From an uncultured bacterium (lineage in GTDB: Bacteria; Caldisericota; Caldisericia; B22-G15): a DNA stretch of 26,570 bases. This document shows positions 1-8,892 of the stretch, piece after piece. The stretch spans positions 1 through 26,570 of the forward strand of contig CBFDTJ010000012.1 of NCBI GenBank assembly GCA_965612865.1, in the 5' to 3' direction. Position 1 is the stretch's first letter, and each line of letters starts with the position of its first letter. The notes below the pieces were generated by a model that saw only the letters and a list, made by a program, of their open reading frames with translations, was not told the DNA's origin and made no database searches. The translations under genes were made by a program, and so were the position numbers.

Positions 1-3
1 TTT

Positions 4-69
4 CAAGCAGAAGACGGCATACGAGATCATGCCTAGTCTCGTGGGCTCGGAGATGTGTATAAGAGACAG
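4..69 (+). other. Illumina Nextera P7/i7 adapter (sequencing artefact)
   Basis: CAAGCAGAAGACGGCATACGAGAT (P7, 4-27), index CATGCCTA (28-35, matches N706), GTCTCGTGGGCTCGG (36-50) and Tn5 mosaic end AGATGTGTATAAGAGACAG (51-69). The reverse strand translates to the typical adapter peptide LSLIHISEPTRLGMISYAVFCLK. Confidence 0.99.
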
Positions 70-960
70 ATATAAATTAGCTATATTTTCTCCATCATTT
101 ACTTTCTTAGCTATTAACTCATTACCAGTGTATATAGATTGTTTAAATACAGAATTTGGAGGATAACCAAAGAGCAGAGGAACTAAATTACCTTCCAGAT
201 CTACATTCAAAGAAAAACCTTTTGAGCCCCATTTAAAAACCAGCGCATTTTCATCAGCAAATTCAAACAATCTTTGAAAAACTTTATATCCGTTTTTATC
301 CAAGGATTTCAAAAATTGTTCTCTATTGATCTTTGGAAGTGATGCAGATTTGGGCATTGATCTCAAAATGTCTTCTTTTCCTACAACAACCTCTCTGGTT
401 ATAATTCTCTCACCTGATTTAGTTTCAAAATATTTAAACTCTATACAATATATATCTATTCCCTTCTTTCTAAGAAATACTGCCGTCTGCTTAACTTCTC
501 TTGATATATCCTGCGCAACTATAACAAGCTTTACAGACTTATTAAAAGAAACACTCTCTTCATCAAATTCACTATCTTTAAAATATTCCTTATGATATTC
601 TTCCAAAGATACTTCTTCCCCTAAATAGTTTTGAAAAATGTTATTTAGCTGGGTGTAGTCTAAACTTTCAACAAAAGAAGCATATTCAAGAACTTGTGCT
701 ACTGTTTCCCTCGGAGTTCTTCCTCTCTTTAATTCAACAACCACCGTATTTCCATATTTATCAATTCCCAATAAGTCTATAAATGTGTTCAAAATCGTTG
801 TAACCTGTCTACCAATAATAAGAATGTTTGAATCTTCAAAAAAATATTCAGGATTGTTTTCTAAAATATCCTCCAAATCTGCTTCTTGCTTTATCTGCTC
901 AAATTTTTTCTCTCTATACGGAATTAATTTACCTTCTCTGCCAATAGTAAAAAGTTTCAT
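70..960 (-). CDS. NucS/EndoMS-like (DUF91) PD-(D/E)XK endonuclease domain protein with extra C-terminal region, 3'-truncated by the adapter
   Basis: Manual translation from ATG 960 is open for 297 codons into the adapter: MKLFTIGREGKLIPYREKKFEQIKQEADLEDILENNPEYF...IIGRQV...IDLLGIDKYGNTVVVELKRGRTPRETVAQVLEYA. It has the E-x-x-LE, ID, ELK and QxxxY motifs. It is absent from the ORF track, presumably because there is no stop codon. Confidence 0.85.
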
Positions 961-968
961 TTGTATAA

Positions 969-997
969 ATTCTATCACTTATTAAAGTGAATAACAA
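969..997 (-). promoter_or_regulatory. Sigma70-type promoter of the nuclease gene, with a palindrome in the spacer
   Basis: TTGTTA-17 nt-TAGAAT with TG extension (TGATAGAAT), 8 nt before the ATG. The spacer holds TCACTT-N4-AAGTGA (975-990). Confidence 0.6.
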
Positions 998-1300
998 TTA
1001 TGATGAGATTAATTTCCCTACCCAGTTTTTAACCTTATCTCTTTCATTAAAATTAGGGGTTTTGAGCCATCCTTTAAAAATTCCACTCTCAATGATAAGA
1101 TTAGAAACCTTTTTCTCAAGAGGCCTTAAGTAACGAATCTTAATATACCTCTCTGTAGGTTTACCAAACATCTGAGCAATACAAACTATAAATATGGCTA
1201 CCTTCTTGTTTTTAAGTTCCAGCCTGTGATTATCAAGAAAAGAAATGACGCTCTTTAAAGGTCTTTCCCAGTATATGGGTGAACCAATGATAAAAAATTT
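998..1300 (-). pseudogene. N-terminally truncated flavodoxin-domain (HemG/Flavodoxin_5-like) gene fragment
   Basis: The frame reads KFFIIGSPIYWERPLKSVISFLDNHRLELKNKKVAIFIVC...KVKNWVGKLISS*. IIGSPIY and L.NKKVAIF.VC are flavodoxin motifs. There is no upstream start codon and no N-terminal FMN phosphate loop, and it begins at the tRNA CCA. Confidence 0.7.
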
Positions 1301-1374
1301 GGTGGAGCAGACGGGATTTGAACCCGTGGCCTCCTGAGTGCAAATCAGGTGCTCTCCCGCTGAGCTACTGCCCC
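1300..1374 (-). tRNA. tRNA-Ala(TGC)
   Basis: GGGGCAGTAGCTCAGCGGGAGAGCACCTGATTTGCACTCAGGAGGCCACGGGTTCAAATCCCGTCTGCTCCACCA. G3:U70 pair, anticodon TGC, encoded CCA. Confidence 0.97.
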
Positions 1375-1385
1375 ACGCTCTAAAA

Positions 1386-1414
1386 ATTATACCATAAATT
1401 TTATATGATACAAT
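1386..1414. promoter_or_regulatory. Back-to-back extended -10 promoters (tRNA-Ala and proB)
   Basis: TGGTATAAT on minus (1386-1394) and TGATACAAT on plus (1406-1414, 6 nt before the proB ATG). Confidence 0.6.
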
Positions 1415-1420
1415 TAATTC

Positions 1421-2521
1421 ATGAAGGTTGTTGTAAAAATAGGCACAGCATCTCTCACCAACGAAGAAACTGGCTTCCCAAAACCTGAAATTTTAGGTGA
1501 AATCTCAGAAGCATTTTCATACATGATAAAGAAAGGCATAAAGCCTGTTCTTGTAACCTCTGGAGCCATAGGTCTCGGGTTAAAACCCCTCGGATTTAAA
1601 AAGAGACCTAAAACTATTACTCTTAAACAGGCTGCAGCGGCTGTAGGACAGGGACTTTTAATGCATATATACTCACAATTTTTCTCTCTTTTAGATATAA
1701 AAATCGCTCAAATTCTCTTAACAAGAGAAGATATAATAAACAGGGAAAGATACATAAATGCTCAAAAAACTTTTGAAACTTTACTTCAAAAAGGTATTGT
1801 CCCCATAGTAAACGAAAATGATGTTGTGGCAGTAGAGGAAATTAAATTTGGTGACAATGATACACTCTCTGCCATAGTCTCAACAATAATTGATGCAGAT
1901 ATGTTAATAATACTGACAACCACTGATGGAGTCTACACTAAAGATCCTACAGTTCACAAAGATGCAAAAAGAATAAAGGCGGTGAAGGAGCTTACAAAAG
2001 AACTTCTTTCTTATGTAACAAAAACAAAGACAACACTTGGCGTAGGAGGAATGGAGACAAAAATAAAAGCAGCAGAGATAGCAACAAATGTTGGAGTGAA
2101 GGTTATAATCGGAAGCGGAAAAAATCCTTATAAAACCATTGTTGGTGCCATAGAAGGAGAAGACGTGGGAACCCTATTCTTTCCAAAAAAGAAACACCTT
2201 GATTCAAGAAAAAGGTGGATACTCTATGGTTTAACTCCAAAAGGTGAGATAATTATTGATGAGGGAGCAAAAGAAGCTATAAAAGATAAAGGTAAGAGCT
2301 TACTCGCTGCAGGAATTGTTGACGTAAAGGGAAACTTTATGGCAGGAGAAACCGTGAAAGTAATTGATAGAAAGGGGAAGTTTATTGGACAGGGAATAGT
2401 TAGATATTCCTCGGGGGTATTAAAAACCATAAAAGGAAAGAAAACAAAGGAGATAGAAAGAATACTTGGCTTTCTACCCTTTGAAGAGGTTATCCATAGG
2501 GACGATCTTTCAATAATATAA
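1421..2521 (+). CDS. proB: Glutamate 5-kinase with C-terminal PUA domain
   Basis: VVVKIGT, VLVTSGAIGLG, QAAAAVGQ, PIVNENDVV, FGDNDTLSA, GGMETK and PUA motif SLLAAGI. Confidence 0.97.
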   Translation: MKVVVKIGTASLTNEETGFPKPEILGEISEAFSYMIKKGIKPVLVTSGAIGLGLKPLGFKKRPKTITLKQAAAAVGQGLLMHIYSQFFSLLDIKIAQILLTREDIINRERYINAQKTFETLLQKGIVPIVNENDVVAVEEIKFGDNDTLSAIVSTIIDADMLIILTTTDGVYTKDPTVHKDAKRIKAVKELTKELLSYVTKTKTTLGVGGMETKIKAAEIATNVGVKVIIGSGKNPYKTIVGAIEGEDVGTLFFPKKKHLDSRKRWILYGLTPKGEIIIDEGAKEAIKDKGKSLLAAGIVDVKGNFMAGETVKVIDRKGKFIGQGIVRYSSGVLKTIKGKKTKEIERILGFLPFEEVIHRDDLSII

Positions 2522-2532
2522 AGGAGGTTTAT

Positions 2533-3879
2533 ATGGAAGAATTAAACTACAAGGAGAAGAACGTGTGGGATGTCTACAACGAAAAAGAGATTGAAGAAAT
2601 CTCTAAAGATTACATCTCGTTTATGTCCAGGGTAAAAACTGAAAGAGAGTTTGTTAAAGAAGCAGAAAAATTACTTAAACAGGAAGGTTTTTCCAATATT
2701 GACGAGGAAGGTGTTCATTCAGATAAACTCTACAGGAAATTTAAAGAAAAAGCCATTATTATCTTCCTCAAAGGAAAAAGAGGGATAGAAGAGGGTTTTA
2801 ATCTTGTCACAGCACACCTTGATTCACCAAGAATAGATTTAAAGCAAAAACCTCTTTATGAGGATGGAAAACTTGCTTTCTTTGAAACACATTATTATGG
2901 AGGTATAAAGAAGTATCAATGGGTAACTATACCTCTTGTGTTGAGGGGAGTTATTGTAAAGGGAGATGGAGGCGTTGTGGAGATTAATACAGAGAATGAT
3001 GGGTATTTCTTTACAATACCTGATCTTCTTCCCCACCTTGGAAGAAAGCAGATGGAGAAAAAAGCAAAAGAGGTTATACCTGGAGAGAATCTTAACTTAC
3101 TTGTAGGTTCAAAACCATTAAAGGACGAAAAAGAAGAAAAGATTAAGAAAAACATCCTCAACATGCTAAAGGAACTATATGGAATTAAGGAAGAAGATTT
3201 TATTTCAAGCGAACTCTCTTTGGTACCTGCAGGAGAAGCAAGGGAGGTTGGATTTGATAGAAGTTTCATCCTCTCCTATGGACATGACGATAGAATCTGC
3301 TCATATGCCGCTCTTAAAGGAATAATGAGCATTGATAAACCGGAGAAATGGGCTGTGGTTTATCTTGTAGATAAAGAAGAGATAGGCTCAGAAGGTAACA
3401 CATCTGCTCAATCTATGTTTTTTGAGGAAACTCTGTTCAATTTTGTAAAAGACTACTCCTCCCTTTTATCTATATACCTGAAATCAAGTGTTCTTTCAGG
3501 AGATGTCAACGCAGCATTTGACCCAAATTATAAAGAGGTGTTTGAGCCCAAAAATGCAGCATTTATAAATCAGGGGTTGGTAATTACAAAATTTACAGGA
3601 AGTGGTGGTAAATACCACTCCAATGATGCAACTGCTGAATTTGTGGGAAAAATAAGAAAACTCTTTAATGAGGAAAAGGTTGTATGGCAAACAGGAGAAC
3701 TTGGAAAAGTAGATGAAGGTGGTGGTGGCACAGTAGCATTGTACTTTGCAAGAAAAGGAATGGATGTTATAGATTGTGGTCCAGCAGTTCTTTCCATGCA
3801 TGCTCCTTTTGAGGTTGCATCAAAAGGCGATTTATATGCATCATTCCATGGATATAAGGTGTTTCTGGAGAAGTTCTAA
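2533..3879 (+). CDS. M18 family aminopeptidase (ApeA-like)
   Basis: AHLDSP, THYYGGIKKYQW, GHDDR, DKEEIGSEG, GGGT and SMHAPFE. SD AAGGAGG upstream. Confidence 0.92.
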   Translation: MEELNYKEKNVWDVYNEKEIEEISKDYISFMSRVKTEREFVKEAEKLLKQEGFSNIDEEGVHSDKLYRKFKEKAIIIFLKGKRGIEEGFNLVTAHLDSPRIDLKQKPLYEDGKLAFFETHYYGGIKKYQWVTIPLVLRGVIVKGDGGVVEINTENDGYFFTIPDLLPHLGRKQMEKKAKEVIPGENLNLLVGSKPLKDEKEEKIKKNILNMLKELYGIKEEDFISSELSLVPAGEAREVGFDRSFILSYGHDDRICSYAALKGIMSIDKPEKWAVVYLVDKEEIGSEGNTSAQSMFFEETLFNFVKDYSSLLSIYLKSSVLSGDVNAAFDPNYKEVFEPKNAAFINQGLVITKFTGSGGKYHSNDATAEFVGKIRKLFNEEKVVWQTGELGKVDEGGGGTVALYFARKGMDVIDCGPAVLSMHAPFEVASKGDLYASFHGYKVFLEKF

Positions 3880-4970
3880 TGGAAATAGGGATAATAGGTC
3901 TTCCAAATGCCGGGAAATCCACTCTTTTTAAAGCGCTTACCGGAAATGAAGTTCATATAGAGGCATTTCCTTTTTCTACAGTAAACCCTAATATAGGAGT
4001 TGTAGCTGTACCCGATGAAAGATTAAAACTTATAGCAGATGTTATAAAACCCGACAAGGTCATCCCGGCATTTATAAAATTTTACGATATTGCAGGACTT
4101 GTGAAAGGTGCATCAAAGGGAGAGGGGCTTGGAAACAAGTTCCTCTCCGAAATAAGAGCAACCTCTGGCATCGTTGAGGTTGTGAGATGTTTCAGAGACG
4201 AGAGTGTAGCTCATGTTGAGGGAAATATTGATCCAGTAAGAGATATAGAAATAGTGCATCTTGAGATAATAATGTCTGATCTTGAAATAGTAGAAAGAAA
4301 CCTTGAAAAAATTTCTCATGCCTACAAATCTGGAAAAAAGGAATTAAAACATGAGTATGAGGCTTTAACATTTGCAAAGGAAGTACTGAATAAAGGAAAG
4401 TGGCTTAGAGATGAAAAACTCAGAAATGAATGGATAAATGTTTACAAAAATTACAACCTTCTTACAATAAAGCCCTTAATAATAGTTGGGAATATTGGAG
4501 AAGATGAATTAATAGGTGAAGAAACAGAGGAAATGAAAAAGCTTAAGGAATTTACAAAACTAAAAGGTTATCCACTCATATTTATCTCCTGTAAACTCGA
4601 AGCAGAAATAGTAAACATGGACGAAAAAGAGAAAAAAGAATTCCTTTCTGATATAGGTCTTAAAGAAACTGGTTTAGAAAAATTAATAAAAGAATCCTAT
4701 AAACTGCTTGATTTAATAACATTCTTTACATATGCAAACAATATCCTACAAGCCTGGGCTATAAAAAGGGGCACCCTGGCTCCCCAGGCAGCAGGTAAAA
4801 TCCACTCAGATATGGAAAAGGGTTTTATCAAAGCAGAAGTTATAAATTTCGAAGATATAAAGAGAGTCAACTCTTTACATCAAGCAAGAGAGAAGGGACT
4901 TATAAAGATAGAAGGCAGAGAATACGAGGTTCAGGACGGAGACATAATATACTTTAAATTTAACGTTTAG
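3879..4970 (+). CDS. ychF: Ribosome-binding ATPase YchF
   Basis: GLPNAGKST, DIAGLVKGASKGEGLGNKFL, VVRCF and C-terminal AAGKIHSD...GFIKAEV...EGREYEVQDGD. Confidence 0.96.
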   Translation: MEIGIIGLPNAGKSTLFKALTGNEVHIEAFPFSTVNPNIGVVAVPDERLKLIADVIKPDKVIPAFIKFYDIAGLVKGASKGEGLGNKFLSEIRATSGIVEVVRCFRDESVAHVEGNIDPVRDIEIVHLEIIMSDLEIVERNLEKISHAYKSGKKELKHEYEALTFAKEVLNKGKWLRDEKLRNEWINVYKNYNLLTIKPLIIVGNIGEDELIGEETEEMKKLKEFTKLKGYPLIFISCKLEAEIVNMDEKEKKEFLSDIGLKETGLEKLIKESYKLLDLITFFTYANNILQAWAIKRGTLAPQAAGKIHSDMEKGFIKAEVINFEDIKRVNSLHQAREKGLIKIEGREYEVQDGDIIYFKFNV

Positions 4971-5391
4971 TTCTCTTTAACTTAAGTCTACAACTTTTGC
5001 AAATTCCATATATTTCAACTATATAGGAAACAGGGGTAAAATCTTCTTCAGAACTTTCTATACCCACAAGTTTCATAAGCTTCTCTGGTGGAACACCTTT
5101 TATTTCTTCAATTTTTCCACAATCACTACATATAAGATGTATGTGTGGCTTATAGGAGAGTTCGTAGCTCATGTGTCTTTTGGAAAATGTGGATTTCTTT
5201 ACTATTCCAGCTCTTTCAAGAATCTTTAAGGTTCTATAAACAGTGGTAAGACTTACGCCTTTTTTCTTTAGAGCCTTGTATATATCTTCCGCTGAGAGAT
5301 GTTTTCCCCTGTTCTTCTTCAAAAAAGAAATTATCTCCCTTCTTCCTTTGCTCATTCTGTAACCAAGGTTGGTTAAAGTCTTTTCTATCAT
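4960..5391 (-). CDS. Fur family transcriptional regulator
   Basis: HLSAEDIY, TVYRTLKILERAGIV, HIHLICSDCG and GICKSC. The subfamily (Fur/Zur/PerR) cannot be assigned. Confidence 0.93.
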   Translation of the reverse strand: MIEKTLTNLGYRMSKGRREIISFLKKNRGKHLSAEDIYKALKKKGVSLTTVYRTLKILERAGIVKKSTFSKRHMSYELSYKPHIHLICSDCGKIEEIKGVPPEKLMKLVGIESSEEDFTPVSYIVEIYGICKSCRLKLKRTKR

Positions 5392-5408
5392 ACCTCCTCA
5401 CCTTCCAG

Positions 5409-5894
5409 TTAAATAAAGAAAAATTTTAAAATATTTAATATTAAAAGATCTCTTATCTTGCTTCTTGTTCCAGAAAGTAGAAATCTTTTAGATAAAATAC
5501 CTTCTTCAGAATACACAGATGAATAGACAAGTCCTTTTCTTTTATTTTCAAGCACCGAAGGTCCAAGATTTCCCGTAGCTGATATACCGTAATAGGAATT
5601 TAGTTTCTCCTTTACCTTTTTAGCCATCTCAATGGACATTTCTTCACTTACAACACCAAACTTTTCAACTATGTTTTTATCCACCCCAAGAACGTCTGTC
5701 TTAACTTCTGCCTGATAGGTAACAATACCTCCTTTAAAAAAATCTGAAGAGCCCGGCAGTAGGGAGAAGAAGGAGGAGAGATAACCTCCTGTACATGATT
5801 CAGCAGTGGAAAGGGTTCTCTCTCTTGAGATAAGAAAATGTTTTATCTTAAATAAAAGTTCTTTATCAGTCCTTTCTAAAGTATAGGGAAGCAA
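5409..5894 (-). CDS. CinA C-terminal domain protein / NMN deamidase (PncC-like)
   Basis: TAESCTGG, PGSS.FFKGG.V.Y...K...LGV, GVVSEE and TG.LGP. The start is probably TTG 5894 (GGAGG 5 nt upstream) rather than 5915. Confidence 0.88.
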   Translation of the reverse strand: MLPYTLERTDKELLFKIKHFLISRERTLSTAESCTGGYLSSFFSLLPGSSDFFKGGIVTYQAEVKTDVLGVDKNIVEKFGVVSEEMSIEMAKKVKEKLNSYYGISATGNLGPSVLENKRKGLVYSSVYSEEGILSKRFLLSGTRSKIRDLLILNILKFFFI

Positions 5895-6768
5895 GTTTTC
5901 CTCCAAGTTTCGCATTGTTAAGAAGTAGTGAAATGTTTGATCTGAGAGTTCTACCTTCGCTTCTCTTATGTAACTCAGCGAGTATGTAAGGAGTAACTTC
6001 CTTACCTCTTACCCCTTTCTTATCAATGTCAGAAAGAATTTCTTTCATAAGACCTTCAAAATATCCCCTGTCTATCTCGTCCTCCTCTGGTATAGGATTA
6101 ACCACTAGAAGAGCTGTGTTTGAAACTTTATCCCACACCCTTATGAAATCCACCAACTCTTCAACAGAATCCACATACATATCAAGGGAAATGTCAGTTT
6201 CTCTAAAGTAAAATCCTGGTAGTTTCTTTGTTTTAAACCCAACCACACCAATACCAAGGGTCTCAAGAAGTTCCCATGTCTTCTCTATATCAAGAATTGA
6301 TTTAAAACCAGATGATATCACAACCACCTTATACTTACTCATAGCAATAAGATCCGCCGATACATCAAAGACATTGGGCATACCTCTATGAATTCCCCCT
6401 GTCCCGCCTGTAACAAAAAACATGAGGTTAAATAAGCTCATTATAGAAATGGAACCTGAAACAGTGAGTGCCCCGCTTCTCTTTTGTGCCAGAAGATAGG
6501 GTATATCTCTCATATTTGCTTTAACAATTCCCTCGCCTTTCCCAAAGAATTCAAAATCGTCCTCAGAGAATCCAATAACTATTTTACCTTCCTTGATGCC
6601 GAGTGTGAGAGGTATACTGCCCTCTTCTCTTATTTTGGACTCCATATCCTTTGCAAGTTTCACATTATCTGGATATGGAAGACCAAAGGTTATTACAGTA
6701 CTTTCCAAACACACATGTGGAAAGAAAGGGCTTTTAAACTCTGGTGAAAATGATAAAAAATTCTTCAT
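5866..6768 (-). CDS. psuG: Pseudouridine-5'-phosphate glycosidase
   Basis: LEST..GLPYPDN, TGGTGGIHRG, DVSADL, KSILD, LETLG, GKEVTPYIL and NISLLLNNA. Confidence 0.92.
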   Translation of the reverse strand: MKNFLSFSPEFKSPFFPHVCLESTVITFGLPYPDNVKLAKDMESKIREEGSIPLTLGIKEGKIVIGFSEDDFEFFGKGEGIVKANMRDIPYLLAQKRSGALTVSGSISIMSLFNLMFFVTGGTGGIHRGMPNVFDVSADLIAMSKYKVVVISSGFKSILDIEKTWELLETLGIGVVGFKTKKLPGFYFRETDISLDMYVDSVEELVDFIRVWDKVSNTALLVVNPIPEEDEIDRGYFEGLMKEILSDIDKKGVRGKEVTPYILAELHKRSEGRTLRSNISLLLNNAKLGGKLASLYFRKD

Positions 6769-7760
6769 AGTTTTTCTCCTTTTTCGTAAGGTATTCCATC
6801 AGCTGCGGGAGGTGTTGCTCTTCCAACAAATCCCGCAAGAACAAGCAGGGTTAAAATATAGGGAAGGGCAAGGAAGAAACCTCTTGGTATAATATTCAAA
6901 AGCTGAGGAGCAGAGGTTTGAATGTATATTTGAACTACTGTAGCAAGGGTAAAGAAAAGGGCTGCAAAGAATGTTCCTATTGGAGTCCACTTACCAAAAA
7001 TCATTGCGGCAAGAGCTATGAAACCCAACCCTGCTGGCATATGATTGTCAAATAGATCCAGCTGTCCTATGGACATTGAAGCACCTGCAAGAGCTGCAAG
7101 TATTCCTGAAGCGATTACTGCAAGGTACCTTACAAGATAGACATTTATTCCAAGAGTATCTGCTGCTTTTGGATGTTCTCCAACAGACCTGTGTCTTAAC
7201 CCCCATGGAGTATAGTAGAGATAGAAATGAATAACAAAAGGAAGAATTAACGCAAGGAATACAAATATATTCATCGCTTCAAAGAGTTCTCCCACTATAG
7301 GAAGTTTTGCAAGATGTGGTAAAAGTGGTTTGTTCATAAAGGAAGCCACAGATGGAGAATGTCCTGTTGTGTTAAAGTATCTTTCAAGGAAAAATGTCAT
7401 TCCTCCAAGTGCAAATACATTTATGGCGACTCCTGAAACAATTTGATTTCCCCTTAAAGATACAGAGATATAAGCATGAAGAAGTCCAACCAGAATTCCT
7501 ATACCTATGGCGAAGAGTATTCCAACCCATGGGTTTCCTGCAAGAGGATCCTTTCCTCCCAGTATTGGGTCAATCTTAGTGGAAGAAATATAGGCACCCA
7601 ATACAGCAAAAAAACCTCCCATTCTCATAATTCCTTCAAGAGCTATATTTACCACACCTGCATTTTCACACATTACACCACCGAGACCAGCGAGAATTAT
7701 AGGAGTCCCAAACTGTAACATAGAAGAAATAAAGGAAACTATCGTTTTAGCTAACTCCAC
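6765..7760 (-). CDS. Nucleoside ABC transporter permease (NupC/YufQ-like)
   Basis: ENAGVVNIALEG, QIVSGVAIN, GLRHRSVGEHPKAADTLGINV, GFIALAAMIFGKWTP and LPYILTL. Confidence 0.9.
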   Translation of the reverse strand: MELAKTIVSFISSMLQFGTPIILAGLGGVMCENAGVVNIALEGIMRMGGFFAVLGAYISSTKIDPILGGKDPLAGNPWVGILFAIGIGILVGLLHAYISVSLRGNQIVSGVAINVFALGGMTFFLERYFNTTGHSPSVASFMNKPLLPHLAKLPIVGELFEAMNIFVFLALILPFVIHFYLYYTPWGLRHRSVGEHPKAADTLGINVYLVRYLAVIASGILAALAGASMSIGQLDLFDNHMPAGLGFIALAAMIFGKWTPIGTFFAALFFTLATVVQIYIQTSAPQLLNIIPRGFFLALPYILTLLVLAGFVGRATPPAADGIPYEKGEKL

Positions 7761-8892
7761 TTTGAGCCTCCTCTTTGATTACCTTCTTTTCTCCAATCTT
7801 GAAGAGAAGATACTTTATGCCAACCTGACCAGCAACAAAGAGGGTTGCTACTCCTTGAATAATATCAGCAAAGGTTTTATGAATTCCGATAAGTTGCATT
7901 CCAGTTGCACCTGCTCTTACAAAACCAAAAAACATGGATGAAAAAAGAGTTCCTATTGCTGCATTATTTCCAATTAATGCCATGGTTATACCGTCAAATC
8001 CATATCCTGGCCTGAACACTCCTGGATAGTGTCCTTCAGTTCCAAGAATCATACATGCTCCACTAACGCCAGCAAGGGCACCAGAGATAAACATAGCAAT
8101 AAGCATGGTTCTTGCAGTATTTATACCACTGTACCTTGCTGCATCAGGATTCTTTCCAGTTGCCTGTATTTCATAGCCGAGAACAGTTCTATTCATAAGG
8201 ATATAAACAAAAATCACTGCAAGTATTGCAATAATTATTGAACCATTCAATCTTGTTCCCTGAAAGAAAGGCTTAAGCCTTGAAGCTTCTTTTACATAAG
8301 GAGTTCCTGCAAGTATAGCTTCAGGTCTGTATCTTTGAATATTAAAGGGACCAACAACTATCCAGTTTTCCACAAGATGAACTGCAATCCAGTTAAGCAT
8401 TATTGTGGTTATGACCTCGTGGACTCCCCTTGTAATTTTGAGCCATCCTGCAAACGCTGCGTAAAGACCGGAAACTATAATAACTGCAATCAAAATCAAG
8501 GGTATATCTATCCAGGGAGTCATGTTTAATTTGAAGCCAAGGTAGGCTGCAACTATGGCTCCCATTATAAATTGTCCTTCAGCACCTATATTAAAAAGTC
8601 CAACTCTAAACGCCACAGCAACGGAAAGTCCTGTTAATGTAAGAATTGATCCTTTAAGAAAACCCTCCCCTGCTTCTTTTAAACTGAAAAATTCCTTGAG
8701 AGAAGAGCCAAATGCTCCTTCAAATAGAAGCTTATATGCAGCCCAGGGGCTTTTACCAGTAGCCTTTATCATCACTGCTGCTACAAGAAAAGCCACTATT
8801 ATAGATATTATTGGAACAAGAAATGACGAAATTTCTTCCTTCTTACTATTCCACCATATAAGAATGTCATTTAAAAAATTAAGCCCCTTCAT
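7747..8892 (-). CDS. Nucleoside ABC transporter permease (NupB/YufP-like)
   Basis: GLSVAVAFRVGLFNIGAEGQ, HEVITTIMLNWI, G.NPDAARYSGI and GFDGITMALIG. Confidence 0.9.
   Translation of the reverse strand: MKGLNFLNDILIWWNSKKEEISSFLVPIISIIVAFLVAAVMIKATGKSPWAAYKLLFEGAFGSSLKEFFSLKEAGEGFLKGSILTLTGLSVAVAFRVGLFNIGAEGQFIMGAIVAAYLGFKLNMTPWIDIPLILIAVIIVSGLYAAFAGWLKITRGVHEVITTIMLNWIAVHLVENWIVVGPFNIQRYRPEAILAGTPYVKEASRLKPFFQGTRLNGSIIIAILAVIFVYILMNRTVLGYEIQATGKNPDAARYSGINTARTMLIAMFISGALAGVSGACMILGTEGHYPGVFRPGYGFDGITMALIGNNAAIGTLFSSMFFGFVRAGATGMQLIGIHKTFADIIQGVATLFVAGQVGIKYLLFKIGEKKVIKEEAQSGVS

Noticed and set aside
51..69. Tn5/IS50 mosaic end suggesting a transposon
   Set aside because: It is part of the synthetic Nextera adapter, and no transposase is present.
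326..985. Plus-strand ORFs 326-595 and 785-985
   Set aside because: They are antisense shadows of the minus-strand nuclease gene, with no recognisable motifs.
1300..1420. Reading frame open through the entire tRNA-Ala into the flavodoxin fragment (dual-coding tRNA)
   Set aside because: There is no ATG/GTG/TTG in frame before the upstream stop, and the tRNA-derived peptide does not resemble a flavodoxin N-terminus.
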